Assembly (NCBI GenBank): GCA_964351975.1 | Contig: CAYGPK010000001.1 | Location: 85,270-149,269 of the forward strand | Direction: 5' to 3' | DNA from: an uncultured Methanosarcinales archaeon | GTDB lineage: Archaea > Nanobdellota > Nanobdellia > Woesearchaeales > UBA583 | Length of the DNA: 64,000 nt | Shown: positions 38,606 to 47,711 of the stretch, one piece after another | How the letters are laid out: each line of letters begins with the position of its first letter | How positions within the stretch are numbered: position 1 is the stretch's first letter | Translations under genes and position numbers: made by a program | Notes under the pieces: generated by a model | Database searches by the model: none | Told to the model about the DNA's origin: nothing | What the model saw: the letters and a program-made list of their open reading frames with translations, nothing else

Positions 38606-39277
38606 TATTAATAACCAACCTAGACCAATTAATAATAATCCTGTGAAGTATCTCATATAGGATTTATTTGATTGTTTCCAATTTTGAACTTTTTGAATTT
38701 TAACACCAAAGTATACCATAAGTACAATTATAATTAATGGTAATACAAATATGAAATTGTATATCATAAGTAATATTAATGCACTCATGTCAAAATTTTC
38801 TTTAAGTATTAAAAGAATTGCAAGGTAAGGTCCACCAGTACAAGGTAGTTCTACAGCTGCAACAAATGCTCCTAAAAAGATAACTGTTCCAACAGAAACA
38901 TTTTGCATTTTTTCTTGAATTTTCTTTGCATATTTTGGAGGAATATGAAGTGAAACTCCTTCCCCATACCAAAAATAATCTTTCATTTCAAGAATTCCTG
39001 CTATAACTACAATTATTCCTACAAATATTGAAATATACTCTGCAACCCAAATTGGAATTGCTGATAGGAATGCTAGAACTCCGAATCCTAGTACGAAGTA
39101 TGTAATATATACTGCAGCAATATATAGTGCTCCAATCTTTAGCATTTTACTTTTTTGTTTTGTAACAAGTAGAGTTGATAACAATAAAATTAAAACTCCT
39201 ATAGCACAAGGATTTATACTATCAATTAATGCTGTAAAAATGATAGTTGTTAATGTTGGTAATGCGATTTCTACCAT
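38573..39277 (-). CDS. CcdA/DsbD-like transmembrane thiol-redox protein
   Basis: DSINPCAI and ELPCTGGPY Cys motifs, 6 TM. Confidence 0.85.
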   Translation of the reverse strand: MVEIALPTLTTIIFTALIDSINPCAIGVLILLLSTLLVTKQKSKMLKIGALYIAAVYITYFVLGFGVLAFLSAIPIWVAEYISIFVGIIVVIAGILEMKDYFWYGEGVSLHIPPKYAKKIQEKMQNVSVGTVIFLGAFVAAVELPCTGGPYLAILLILKENFDMSALILLMIYNFIFVLPLIIIVLMVYFGVKIQKVQNWKQSNKSYMRYFTGLLLIGLGWLLILIANGTINLN

Positions 39278-39278
39278 C

Positions 39279-39353
39279 TTACTTACTCACCTCATACATC
39301 TGATTGTGATTGTGTTTAAAACAAAGATTAGTGATTTGCGATGTTAGTTTCAT
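39279..39353 (-). CDS. Possible 24-aa bridging ORF
   Basis: MKLTSQITNLCFKHNHNQMYEVSK; GAGGTG before it, ATGA overlap with the upstream gene, stop 1 nt before the next ATG. Confidence 0.35.
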   Translation of the reverse strand: MKLTSQITNLCFKHNHNQMYEVSK

Positions 39354-40117
39354 TGTTGCACCTCAACAAGACCTTGTCCATCTATATATTGCCATCCTTC
39401 TCCCATCCAACTTGGTTGATTAAACTTCTCTTTTCTAAGTTCTTTGAAATTTTCATAGTTCCAACTATTTGCAGCCCAGAAGTCACAAATTTTAGTTGTT
39501 GTATCGGGTAAGTTAGGTCCAAATTCAATTATAACACAATCACCTGGAGGCATACTTCCATGAGGGTAATACATATAAGTTTCTACATTATTGATTTTTT
39601 GTCCATTCACATAAACTTTTAATTGAGAAGGTTGTCCATTACAAGAATCTCCACTTTTAACATTAACATCTTCTCCGTTTTCAACAAGATATGCGAATTC
39701 ATTTGTAGTTAATTTCCCACCAACAGTTCTAAAAAATGAGGATAAAGTTACATCATCCATATTTGAAACTGTTCCTTCAACATGAATTCTATCGTCATTG
39801 TGTTCGTGAAATAAAGGAGTTCCAATTTTATTTGAGAGTCCAGTTGGATCAATTAAATCTTTTCTTTCTCCACAAACCCAAACTTGATAATCTGCGTGCC
39901 AGTGAATTGGTCCACCAGTTACTGATTTTATATTTTTGTATACTGTATTTCCTGCTAAATAAAGAGTTGGAAGTAAAACAATAATTACAATAAATATAAA
40001 AATACTTTTTTTAAATTTGGTCATAAATTTTTCTTTTGCAAATAAGACTACAATAGTTATAACTACAAGTAGAATTGCTGCAATTTCTATATATAATACT
40101 GGATTTGTTAATTTCAT
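39350..40117 (-). CDS. Membrane-anchored His-motif (metal-binding) protein
   Basis: Two TMs, HWHAD, HEHNDDRIHVEG, four Cys. Confidence 0.8.
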   Translation of the reverse strand: MKLTNPVLYIEIAAILLVVITIVVLFAKEKFMTKFKKSIFIFIVIIVLLPTLYLAGNTVYKNIKSVTGGPIHWHADYQVWVCGERKDLIDPTGLSNKIGTPLFHEHNDDRIHVEGTVSNMDDVTLSSFFRTVGGKLTTNEFAYLVENGEDVNVKSGDSCNGQPSQLKVYVNGQKINNVETYMYYPHGSMPPGDCVIIEFGPNLPDTTTKICDFWAANSWNYENFKELRKEKFNQPSWMGEGWQYIDGQGLVEVQQ

Positions 40118-40347
40118 TTTTTTTTAATTTTAATATGTTTTCCAATAACCATTAATGTTAATGTATAAATTCCCCAAGCTATTAAAAGCCAGAGACCTAT
40201 AATTAATATCCCATAAAAGTCATAACCATGAGAAAAATATTCAAAAGGATTTATACCTCCTGAAAATACTTCTTCTTCCCCATTATGAGCATAAGTAAGA
40301 CTTAAGGTTGTAAGTGTACTTAGTATATAACTAATAATTTTTTTCAT
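40114..40347 (-). CDS. Small secreted or membrane protein
   Basis: MKKIISY...TYA/HNGEEE signal peptide and C-terminal TM; ATG 40347 preferred. Confidence 0.65.
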   Translation of the reverse strand: MKKIISYILSTLTTLSLTYAHNGEEEVFSGGINPFEYFSHGYDFYGILIIGLWLLIAWGIYTLTLMVIGKHIKIKKK

Positions 40348-40348
40348 T

Positions 40349-40426
40349 TTAACAAAAAGGACATGCATCTTCTTCTTTTTTGGAATCGTGCTTATGTTTA
40401 TCTTCTTTTTTAGGTTTTTCTGCCAT
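40349..40426 (-). CDS. 25-aa peptide ending in CPFC
   Basis: MAEKPKKEDKHKHDSKKEEDACPFC; TATA at leaderless spacing; stop 1 nt before the next ATG. Confidence 0.65.
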   Translation of the reverse strand: MAEKPKKEDKHKHDSKKEEDACPFC

Positions 40427-40495
40427 ATAAGATATTTTGGAGTTTTAAGGTTTATAAATATTTATTGTAAAGTTATAGTTATTACAGATTAGAAT

Positions 40496-41269
40496 TTAGT
40501 TAGTTTCTAAGATAATAGGATAATGATCTGATCCAAGAGAATTAGAATTAACTTTTTTATTTTTTATTTTTATAGGAATTGGAGTTAGTATATGATCAGT
40601 TTGATTTTTTATTTTAACTATAGTAGAATTATTTTTAAAATTGTTTATTAATTTATATTTTTTAAATATTTCTTCAAATTTTTTTCTTTCATTGATAAGA
40701 AAAGCTTCTTTAAAGCTATGTTCTATAAAAAAACTAAATGGTTTAACAAATTTGTTTTCTATAATATTAAAATCACCAGTTATTATATTGAAATTTTTTT
40801 CTGATAAGTTATCAATTATTTTATTAAATTGATTAATTCGTCTATTAATTCCTGAAACTAATTTTAGTCTTGCATTGTGAATCCTATATTTTTCATTTTT
40901 TATTTCAGTTTCAATATATATGGCTCCATTTCCAAAGTTTGATTTAGACCACCCAAATTGTTTTAATAAGAATATTACAAATAAAGATCTGGTTTTATAT
41001 TTGAATTTTTCAGAGATAATATATTCTTTTTTTTTGTTGATTTTGGTTTTAGATAGAATTACAAGATATAATTTTATTTTTTTATTTTCTACAAATGTAA
41101 AAGTATCTAGATCATAAAAGATGTAATAATCCAGTTTTTTTAATTTATTTAAAAATTCAACAGTAACTTCTTGTAGGGAGCAAATGTCTGGGGACTCAGT
41201 TTTTATAAATTCAATTATCTTATTGTGATTTTTGTTAGAGAATAAAACATTGAAACTTATAATTTTCAT
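40496..41269 (-). CDS. Endonuclease/exonuclease/phosphatase (EEP) family
   Basis: SFNV, LQEV, GDFN, DHI, SDHYP. Confidence 0.9.
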   Translation of the reverse strand: MKIISFNVLFSNKNHNKIIEFIKTESPDICSLQEVTVEFLNKLKKLDYYIFYDLDTFTFVENKKIKLYLVILSKTKINKKKEYIISEKFKYKTRSLFVIFLLKQFGWSKSNFGNGAIYIETEIKNEKYRIHNARLKLVSGINRRINQFNKIIDNLSEKNFNIITGDFNIIENKFVKPFSFFIEHSFKEAFLINERKKFEEIFKKYKLINNFKNNSTIVKIKNQTDHILTPIPIKIKNKKVNSNSLGSDHYPIILETN

Positions 41270-41316
41270 ATTAATACTTTGGGTTTAAGATTTATATTAC
41301 TTTCTTTTATTTAGAA

Positions 41317-41428
41317 AGCGGCAAGACTGAGATTTGAAGTCTTAGAGTGAAACGACGAGATACCAAAAATTATTATATAATTTCTAAGAAATAATTTTTG
41401 AGTACCAGAATGTAATTCTGGGTGAGAG
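41317..41428 (-). mobile_element. tRNA-Ser 3'-end duplication with double-hairpin insert
   Basis: 41317-41338 matches 41427-41448 at 21/22; hairpins 41361-41404 and 41405-41421. Confidence 0.85.
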
Positions 41429-41510
41429 CGGCAAGACTGGGATTTGAACCCAGAATTCCAAAGGAACCACCTTTCCAGGGTGGCGCAATACCGGATTATG
41501 CGATCTTGCC
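41429..41510 (-). tRNA. tRNA-Ser(GGA)
   Basis: GGCAAGA/TCTTGCC acceptor, CCACC-CTGGAAA-GGTGG, long variable arm, G discriminator. Confidence 0.96.
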
Positions 41511-41626
41511 ATTATATTAGAATAATAAAATTAACTTGATTGGTTTTAAAAACATTTGGGAGAATTTAATATTAAGATAGCTTAAAAATACATTATATTT
41601 ATAAAAAACAACTTTATATTTATATT

Positions 41627-42160
41627 ATGAAATTAAATCCGAAGTATTCTTATGAGTTTAACTGTGTATTAAACTCAAATTATGATGAGAGCGAGCAAAT
41701 TAAAAATTTTACTTCATTAATTACTGACAAAGATAGATTTTTGATTTTATTACCTTTGTTAAACCATAATAGAGAGTTAATTGAGAAAGGTTTAGGTTAT
41801 ACTTTACCTGAAAATTTAGATTTTTTTATTGTAAGAGGTGAATTATTCAAATCATTTTCTGAGCCTATTACAGTTGAGTATTCAATTTTACCCGAGGAGA
41901 TGTTTTTATTTTTATTTAAAGAAATTTTGAAAGTTACCATCACTGATAGGTTTTTATCTGAGGAGTTAAGGGAGCAATATATTAATTCATTTATAGATTA
42001 TGTCTGTGTTAATGGAGAATTTGGAAAAAATGATTTTGTTAAGTTTACAAAAAATTTACATGATGAGAGTAAGAGACTTTTTCCAAATTATGAATTTAAA
42101 GAATATGATTTTTCAAATAAAACAATGCTGGATTATATATCAGAGATGTACGAAAACTAA
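41627..42160 (+). CDS. Hypothetical protein
   Basis: 177-aa ORF, probably co-transcribed with lgt. Confidence 0.7.
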   Translation: MKLNPKYSYEFNCVLNSNYDESEQIKNFTSLITDKDRFLILLPLLNHNRELIEKGLGYTLPENLDFFIVRGELFKSFSEPITVEYSILPEEMFLFLFKEILKVTITDRFLSEELREQYINSFIDYVCVNGEFGKNDFVKFTKNLHDESKRLFPNYEFKEYDFSNKTMLDYISEMYEN

Positions 42161-42162
42161 AA

Positions 42163-42903
42163 ATGGTTGACCCTGTTGCTTTTTCAATATTTGGCCTTGA
42201 AATTTATTGGTATGGTTTAACTTATGCAATAGGTTTTTTAGTTTCTTATTTTTTTATTATGCACTTTGGAAAAGCAATTGCCAAAAGAGAGATTTTAGAA
42301 GATTTATTTTTTTATTTTATGATTTTTTCAGTTTTAGGAGGAAGAGTCTTTGAAATTATTTTTTATGATTTAAGTTATTATTTAGCTGAGCCTATAAAAA
42401 TATTTTACGTTTGGGAAGGAGGGATGAGTATTCACGGGGGATTTTTTTTTGGAATGATTACTCTTTGGTATTTATGTAGAAAGTATAAAGTTGATTATTT
42501 AAAAATTTGGGATTTATTTTCTATTCCAACTGCATTAGGTCTTTCTTTTGGAAGACTTGCAAATTTTGTTAATCAAGAATTAGTTGGTAAAGTTACAACC
42601 TCTAATTTAGGGATAGTTTTTCCTTTATACGACAATCAAAATCGTTGGCCTACTACAATTTTTGAGAGTGTTAAAAATATGGCAACTTTTCAAATTATTT
42701 TGTATTTGAGCTTTTTTAAAAGTTTAAAACCTGGGATTTTAACAGCTTGGTTTTTTATATTATATGATTTTGGAAGATTCTTTATTAATTTTTTACGTGA
42801 ACCAACAGTTAGTTTAGGTTTTATTTCAATGGGGCAATTTTTATGTTTGATTTTTGGATTCTATGGAGTTTGGATGTTGTATAAGATTAACAAAAAAAAT
42901 TAA
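42163..42903 (+). CDS. lgt: Prolipoprotein diacylglyceryl transferase
   Basis: WYG, GGR, W.GGMSIHGG, GRLANFVNQEL.G, RF...F.REP, MGQ. Confidence 0.93.
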   Translation: MVDPVAFSIFGLEIYWYGLTYAIGFLVSYFFIMHFGKAIAKREILEDLFFYFMIFSVLGGRVFEIIFYDLSYYLAEPIKIFYVWEGGMSIHGGFFFGMITLWYLCRKYKVDYLKIWDLFSIPTALGLSFGRLANFVNQELVGKVTTSNLGIVFPLYDNQNRWPTTIFESVKNMATFQIILYLSFFKSLKPGILTAWFFILYDFGRFFINFLREPTVSLGFISMGQFLCLIFGFYGVWMLYKINKKN

Positions 42904-42913
42904 TTGAATTTAT

Positions 42914-44797
42914 TTAATTTAATATTTTTTCTTTTAGAAATAATCTAATAAATGCTATGCTTCCAAATATATAAAATATAGCTGTGAAGAAGAATCTTAT
43001 TATTTCTAAATTATTTAATGTAGTATTTTGTTTTAAGCCTATTATTGGCTTTATAATTTCAATTAATTCTGCTTGATTGATTTGTTTATCAAAAACATTT
43101 GAATTATTTTCTAATTGGTATATGAACATCACATTGCCTTTTTGAAATTTAAAATCTTGATAATCTTTTGAATTTTCAAAATAAATATTTTCTAGATTTT
43201 TAATATTGTACTTTTTTGTTGTATCAATGTTTTCTAAATTAAATAATATATATTCTGATTTAATATCCTTTAATGGAGTTAACTTAAGATTATAATAATT
43301 TGATCCAATTGAGATAGTTTCATATTTGTCAATCTCATCATTTTTGATTTTATTACTTAAATCATTATATTCAGTTTCACCTTTAACTTGATCATTTAAA
43401 GTAAATTTTTCTTGAATAGTTGTAGTTTGGAGTTTTGCTATACTAAAGAAAAACATACTAATATAGATTATAAAAAAGATTAACGCTATTGTTGGCATTA
43501 ATTTGTATTTGATTATTTTTGAATTTGTATTTTTTAATGTATAATAAATCCCAATTGAAACTATTAAACTTAAAACTAAAAAAGTTATCGTACTTAGCAT
43601 AGTTGTATTTGTTATTTGAGTTATAGTTTGATGAGTATTAAAATTTACACCAATTATTTGAGAGTTATCAAGCGCGGAGTTTATAGTTATATTTGGATTT
43701 AAATCAGGAATTAAAAACAATGATAAGTAAAGTATGCTTACAGTTAGAAATATATATTTTACTAAATCAGGGCTATGAGTTTTGTTATTGGTTATGAATT
43801 TGTAGAAATAATAAAATGGTCCAAGCATTACTAAAAAATAGAATAGAATAGTTGTCATATAACTTACTAGAATAGTTAAAATTAACAATGGATTATAATT
43901 TGCAATTGTAAAATCTAGATAAATTTGTGAGAATTGATAATTAAATATATTAATTAATGGAGTGTTTATTGATGAAGCGTATAGAGCGTTCGGATTTCCC
44001 AATAAATATGGTATTAAATAAACTCCTATGTCAACAATTAGATGAATAGTTAATATTAATGATGTTCCAATTAGAAATGTTTTTTTGTTTGAAAATTGAT
44101 TAATTAAATTTTGATAAAAATTATTTCCAGTATTTGAAATTGTTCCAAGGTATTTTTCTGTATTTAATTTAGTGTGTTTATGGAGATATTTGATTATATA
44201 ATAAATTAAACCTATTACAAGTATTACTGAATCTACAGCAAGTGCAAACCACTCCATAAAGAAATTAAATACTATTAAACTAAAGAAGGTTAGAGTAAAG
44301 ATTAGTATTATATATTCTCCTCCTACAAATTTTATATATCCTTTCAGATTAAAACTTCCAATAAGAGAATCTTTTGTTGCCACATATTTTTTTAGAGAAT
44401 AAAATGAAATAAAAATTATTATTATAAGTCCTATTATGAAGAGTGTTTGTTCAAAAGTTGTTATTTCTTTTATATTTTGAAAGAATTTAATTATAAACTC
44501 GAAAATTAAGAAATTTGATTTTTGAGTTGATTCAAGATGAACATATAACACTATTGATTTTGTAATTGTCATTAATGAGAATGCTAAAAGTAGAATTAAA
44601 TCAATTATTTTATCCCTTGTTCCTAAAAATATTTTGGTGAAACTACTTTTGTAAAAGATATAACCAATAATTGTCCAAGAAAGAAGTTTCTTAAAAAAAT
44701 CAAAGTCTCCTTGTAAATATCCAAGAAAATCAAAGACATTTAGAAGGATGAATATTATAAAATATACTTGTAAAAGTATTTTTTTAGGAATTTTCAT
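42914..44797 (-). CDS. Large multi-pass membrane hypothetical protein
   Basis: More than 10 TM segments; FFMEWFALAVDS. Confidence 0.75.
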   Translation of the reverse strand: MKIPKKILLQVYFIIFILLNVFDFLGYLQGDFDFFKKLLSWTIIGYIFYKSSFTKIFLGTRDKIIDLILLLAFSLMTITKSIVLYVHLESTQKSNFLIFEFIIKFFQNIKEITTFEQTLFIIGLIIIIFISFYSLKKYVATKDSLIGSFNLKGYIKFVGGEYIILIFTLTFFSLIVFNFFMEWFALAVDSVILVIGLIYYIIKYLHKHTKLNTEKYLGTISNTGNNFYQNLINQFSNKKTFLIGTSLILTIHLIVDIGVYLIPYLLGNPNALYASSINTPLINIFNYQFSQIYLDFTIANYNPLLILTILVSYMTTILFYFLVMLGPFYYFYKFITNNKTHSPDLVKYIFLTVSILYLSLFLIPDLNPNITINSALDNSQIIGVNFNTHQTITQITNTTMLSTITFLVLSLIVSIGIYYTLKNTNSKIIKYKLMPTIALIFFIIYISMFFFSIAKLQTTTIQEKFTLNDQVKGETEYNDLSNKIKNDEIDKYETISIGSNYYNLKLTPLKDIKSEYILFNLENIDTTKKYNIKNLENIYFENSKDYQDFKFQKGNVMFIYQLENNSNVFDKQINQAELIEIIKPIIGLKQNTTLNNLEIIRFFFTAIFYIFGSIAFIRLFLKEKILN

Positions 44798-44848
44798 TGT
44801 TATAATTTAATTAAAAATCTTTATAAACTTTCTTTATCACTTGTAATT

Positions 44849-45718
44849 ATGCTTGATTTTAAGAATCTTTTCAAATTAGAAGAAAGACTTGTATTTTTCA
44901 TGAATTTTATTTTTGTTTTAATAGTTATTTTTTCTTTATTGTATAATATTTCTCTTAGATATTTTTTTTATTTTAATATAATTACAACTTTTGTTGTTTC
45001 ATATTTTTTCTTTAAAAGATCAAGAAAACTCGCTAAACAACTAATTGTTACGAATTTATTTATATTTTTTTATTTTTTATATCCACAAGTAGCTTGGTTT
45101 TTATCAGAAATTTTCTCAGCACAGAGTTATATTTTTATTATAGCATATAATGTTATTATAGCCTATATTTTTTTAATATTTTCAGGAAATCAAAAGAACT
45201 TATTGGGGAATTTTAATAGATTTCATTTAGGGGTTTTATTTTGTATTGCTTTGTTAGGTATGGTTTTTGGACTTCTTTTTAATTTAGTTAAAGAACCAGT
45301 TCCGAGTTTGTTTGTTAATTTTGCATCAGGAGAGTTAGCTAGTGTTTTCATTTTTTTAATTTTTAGCTCTTTTGCGGTTGCTTTTTCAGAACAAATGATT
45401 TTTTCGGGATTTTTATTTAATACTTATAGAAGTTTAACTTCAAAGTATGACGCATTTTATCAAGTTTCATTAATATTTGTTTTGTTTCATTTACTTAGAT
45501 TTGAAATACTTGTGAAACATTATTTTACTAATTTTACTAATTGGTATTTAGTTTTCATTACTTGTTATTATTTATTATTGTTTGTATTTATGCTACTTTG
45601 TCTTTATTTTTATTCTTTTAAATATAAGAAATATGAAGGTAATTTTTTATATCCTGTAATTTTTCATTTTATGGCAGATTTAGGATTATTCATATTCTAT
45701 ATAATTGGAGCTGGGTAA
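44849..45718 (+). CDS. CPBP/Abi-like intramembrane protease family
   Basis: AFSEQMIFSG (EExxFRG variant), F..FH, H...D. Confidence 0.7.
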   Translation: MLDFKNLFKLEERLVFFMNFIFVLIVIFSLLYNISLRYFFYFNIITTFVVSYFFFKRSRKLAKQLIVTNLFIFFYFLYPQVAWFLSEIFSAQSYIFIIAYNVIIAYIFLIFSGNQKNLLGNFNRFHLGVLFCIALLGMVFGLLFNLVKEPVPSLFVNFASGELASVFIFLIFSSFAVAFSEQMIFSGFLFNTYRSLTSKYDAFYQVSLIFVLFHLLRFEILVKHYFTNFTNWYLVFITCYYLLLFVFMLLCLYFYSFKYKKYEGNFLYPVIFHFMADLGLFIFYIIGAG

Positions 45719-45728
45719 TTTGGAATAA

Positions 45729-46478
45729 ATGTTTGAGACTTTCATTTTTAATTCAGAGAAAAACTATTCTTTTTTTAGAGTTTTTTTAGGATGTTTTTTT
45801 TTAACTCTAATTATTTCAATCTTAAATTCATTTTTAGGGGGAGATTTTTTATTTCTAGTTGCTTTGGTTTCTTTAGGTTTATCTTATCCAGTTATTAATT
45901 TTATTTTAGATTTTAGTAAAGTTGAACTTGAGACTCAGATGAGAGCAAAAATTTTATTTTTAAGACATGAGAGAGAAATGATTGTTTTTTTAAGTTTATT
46001 TTTAGGTGTTAGTTTAGGATTTTTTTTATCTAGTTTTTATTTTATTTCTGATTTTTCATATCAGGAAAAATTTGTCGATTTGATTAGTGGAAGTTTTTTG
46101 AATTTAGAGAGTTCTTTTTTTACTATCTTATTAAATAATTTAATTGTTGGTTGTTTTACTTTTTTGATTAGTATGTTTATATTTTCAGGATTTATTTTTA
46201 TTTTAGTTTGGAACGCATCTATTTTGAGTTATTTTATTTATAGTTTAAAGAGTACAAGTTCTATGTTTATTTCTTTTGTTTCTATTTTACCTCATCTTTT
46301 ATTTGAGATAGGAGGATTTATTTTAGCAGGATTCGCAGGATCAGTTCTTGCTTACAAATTTTATAGAAAAGAAAAGTATGGACATAATTTTAACAATGAA
46401 TTTTTCAAGGATTTAATAATACTTATTTTTATGTCGTTTGTTTTTATTTTAATTGGAGCTTTAATTGAAGTTTTGTGA
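45729..46478 (+). CDS. SpoIIM-like membrane protein
   Basis: ILLNN..V, WNAS..., LPH..FE, GALIE. Confidence 0.8.
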   Translation: MFETFIFNSEKNYSFFRVFLGCFFLTLIISILNSFLGGDFLFLVALVSLGLSYPVINFILDFSKVELETQMRAKILFLRHEREMIVFLSLFLGVSLGFFLSSFYFISDFSYQEKFVDLISGSFLNLESSFFTILLNNLIVGCFTFLISMFIFSGFIFILVWNASILSYFIYSLKSTSSMFISFVSILPHLLFEIGGFILAGFAGSVLAYKFYRKEKYGHNFNNEFFKDLIILIFMSFVFILIGALIEVL

Positions 46479-46538
46479 GTTGAGAAGTTATAATTAATTT
46501 GCTATATATTTATTAAGGATTAATGAGAATTTATTTTA

Positions 46539-47711
46539 ATGAAAGTTGAAGATGTTATTTTAAAATCTCGAAATTTAATTTTAAAATCTAAAAATCCTAT
46601 TGTTTTTTTCGATCAGGACACTGATGGTTCTTGTTCTTATATTCAATTAAGAAAAACCTTTTCAAATATTAAAGAGGGTTATCCACTTTCAAAAAATGAT
46701 GATTCTCAAGATGAGTGTTTAGAAAAAATTTACGATAATCATGATTTGATTATTTTTGTTGATACGCCTTATTTAAAGAAAGAGTTTTTTGAAACTGTAG
46801 GTAAAAGAGATTGTATTTGGGTTGATCATCACCCGCGTGCGGGTGAGATGCAGGAAATACGAAAGAGTTTTAGTGATAATATAATTGTTTTGAATCCACT
46901 TGATTTTGACTCTAAAGACGGGAGATGTACTAGTTATCAGATTTATAGAATTTGTGATAAAAAAAAAAATTTAGTTTATTGCGCTCTTGCTTGTGTTTCT
47001 GATTTTTATTTGTTTGACATATTAATTGATTTGTATAATTATGATTCTAAATTGTTTAGTTTAGTTTTTAAAATATCTGAGGAGAAGAGACTTGAACTTT
47101 TTGATTTTATTAATAAGTACGATTTTCGTGATGATACAGTTTATGATGAGAGGGCAAATTGGATACAGTATTTAAGTTATGATTGTGGTAGCATATTATA
47201 TAAAAATTTTTTTGATTTACTTTACAAATTTAGTGATTCTCGAGATTCAACTCGTCTTTTAAGAAAAATTTCTAAACTAGATTTCATTGATTTTAAAGTT
47301 GAGTTAAATAATTCTAAGGATGAGTTATTTGAGAGATTCAATACTATTTACGATGAATACAAACAAGTTTACAAAAAAGTGTTTAAGAGTTTATCAAAGG
47401 GTGAGTGGAAGAAAAGTGGAATTGTTTTTGTAGAACATAGTAATTGTATAAAGAGTTTTAATAGGCAATTATCAGAGGAACTTGCTTATAGATTAGAGGA
47501 TTGGAGAGTTATTTGTTCTTGTTATCAAAAGGATAATTATGATAGCGTTTCTTGTAGTTTAAGAAGTAGAGGAGTTAATGTTAATGAGCTTTTACAAAAT
47601 GCTTTAAGTGGACTTGATGGAAGAGGTGGTGGTCATGATTTTGCTTGTGGTGCTAGCATTTCAAAGAAAGATTTTAATGAGTTTAAGAAAAGATTAAACG
47701 CAGGAGTTTAG
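46539..47711 (+). CDS. DHH/DHHA1 phosphoesterase (RecJ-like)
   Basis: DTDG, VD, DHH, SD, SLRS, GGGH. Confidence 0.9.
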   Translation: MKVEDVILKSRNLILKSKNPIVFFDQDTDGSCSYIQLRKTFSNIKEGYPLSKNDDSQDECLEKIYDNHDLIIFVDTPYLKKEFFETVGKRDCIWVDHHPRAGEMQEIRKSFSDNIIVLNPLDFDSKDGRCTSYQIYRICDKKKNLVYCALACVSDFYLFDILIDLYNYDSKLFSLVFKISEEKRLELFDFINKYDFRDDTVYDERANWIQYLSYDCGSILYKNFFDLLYKFSDSRDSTRLLRKISKLDFIDFKVELNNSKDELFERFNTIYDEYKQVYKKVFKSLSKGEWKKSGIVFVEHSNCIKSFNRQLSEELAYRLEDWRVICSCYQKDNYDSVSCSLRSRGVNVNELLQNALSGLDGRGGGHDFACGASISKKDFNEFKKRLNAGV

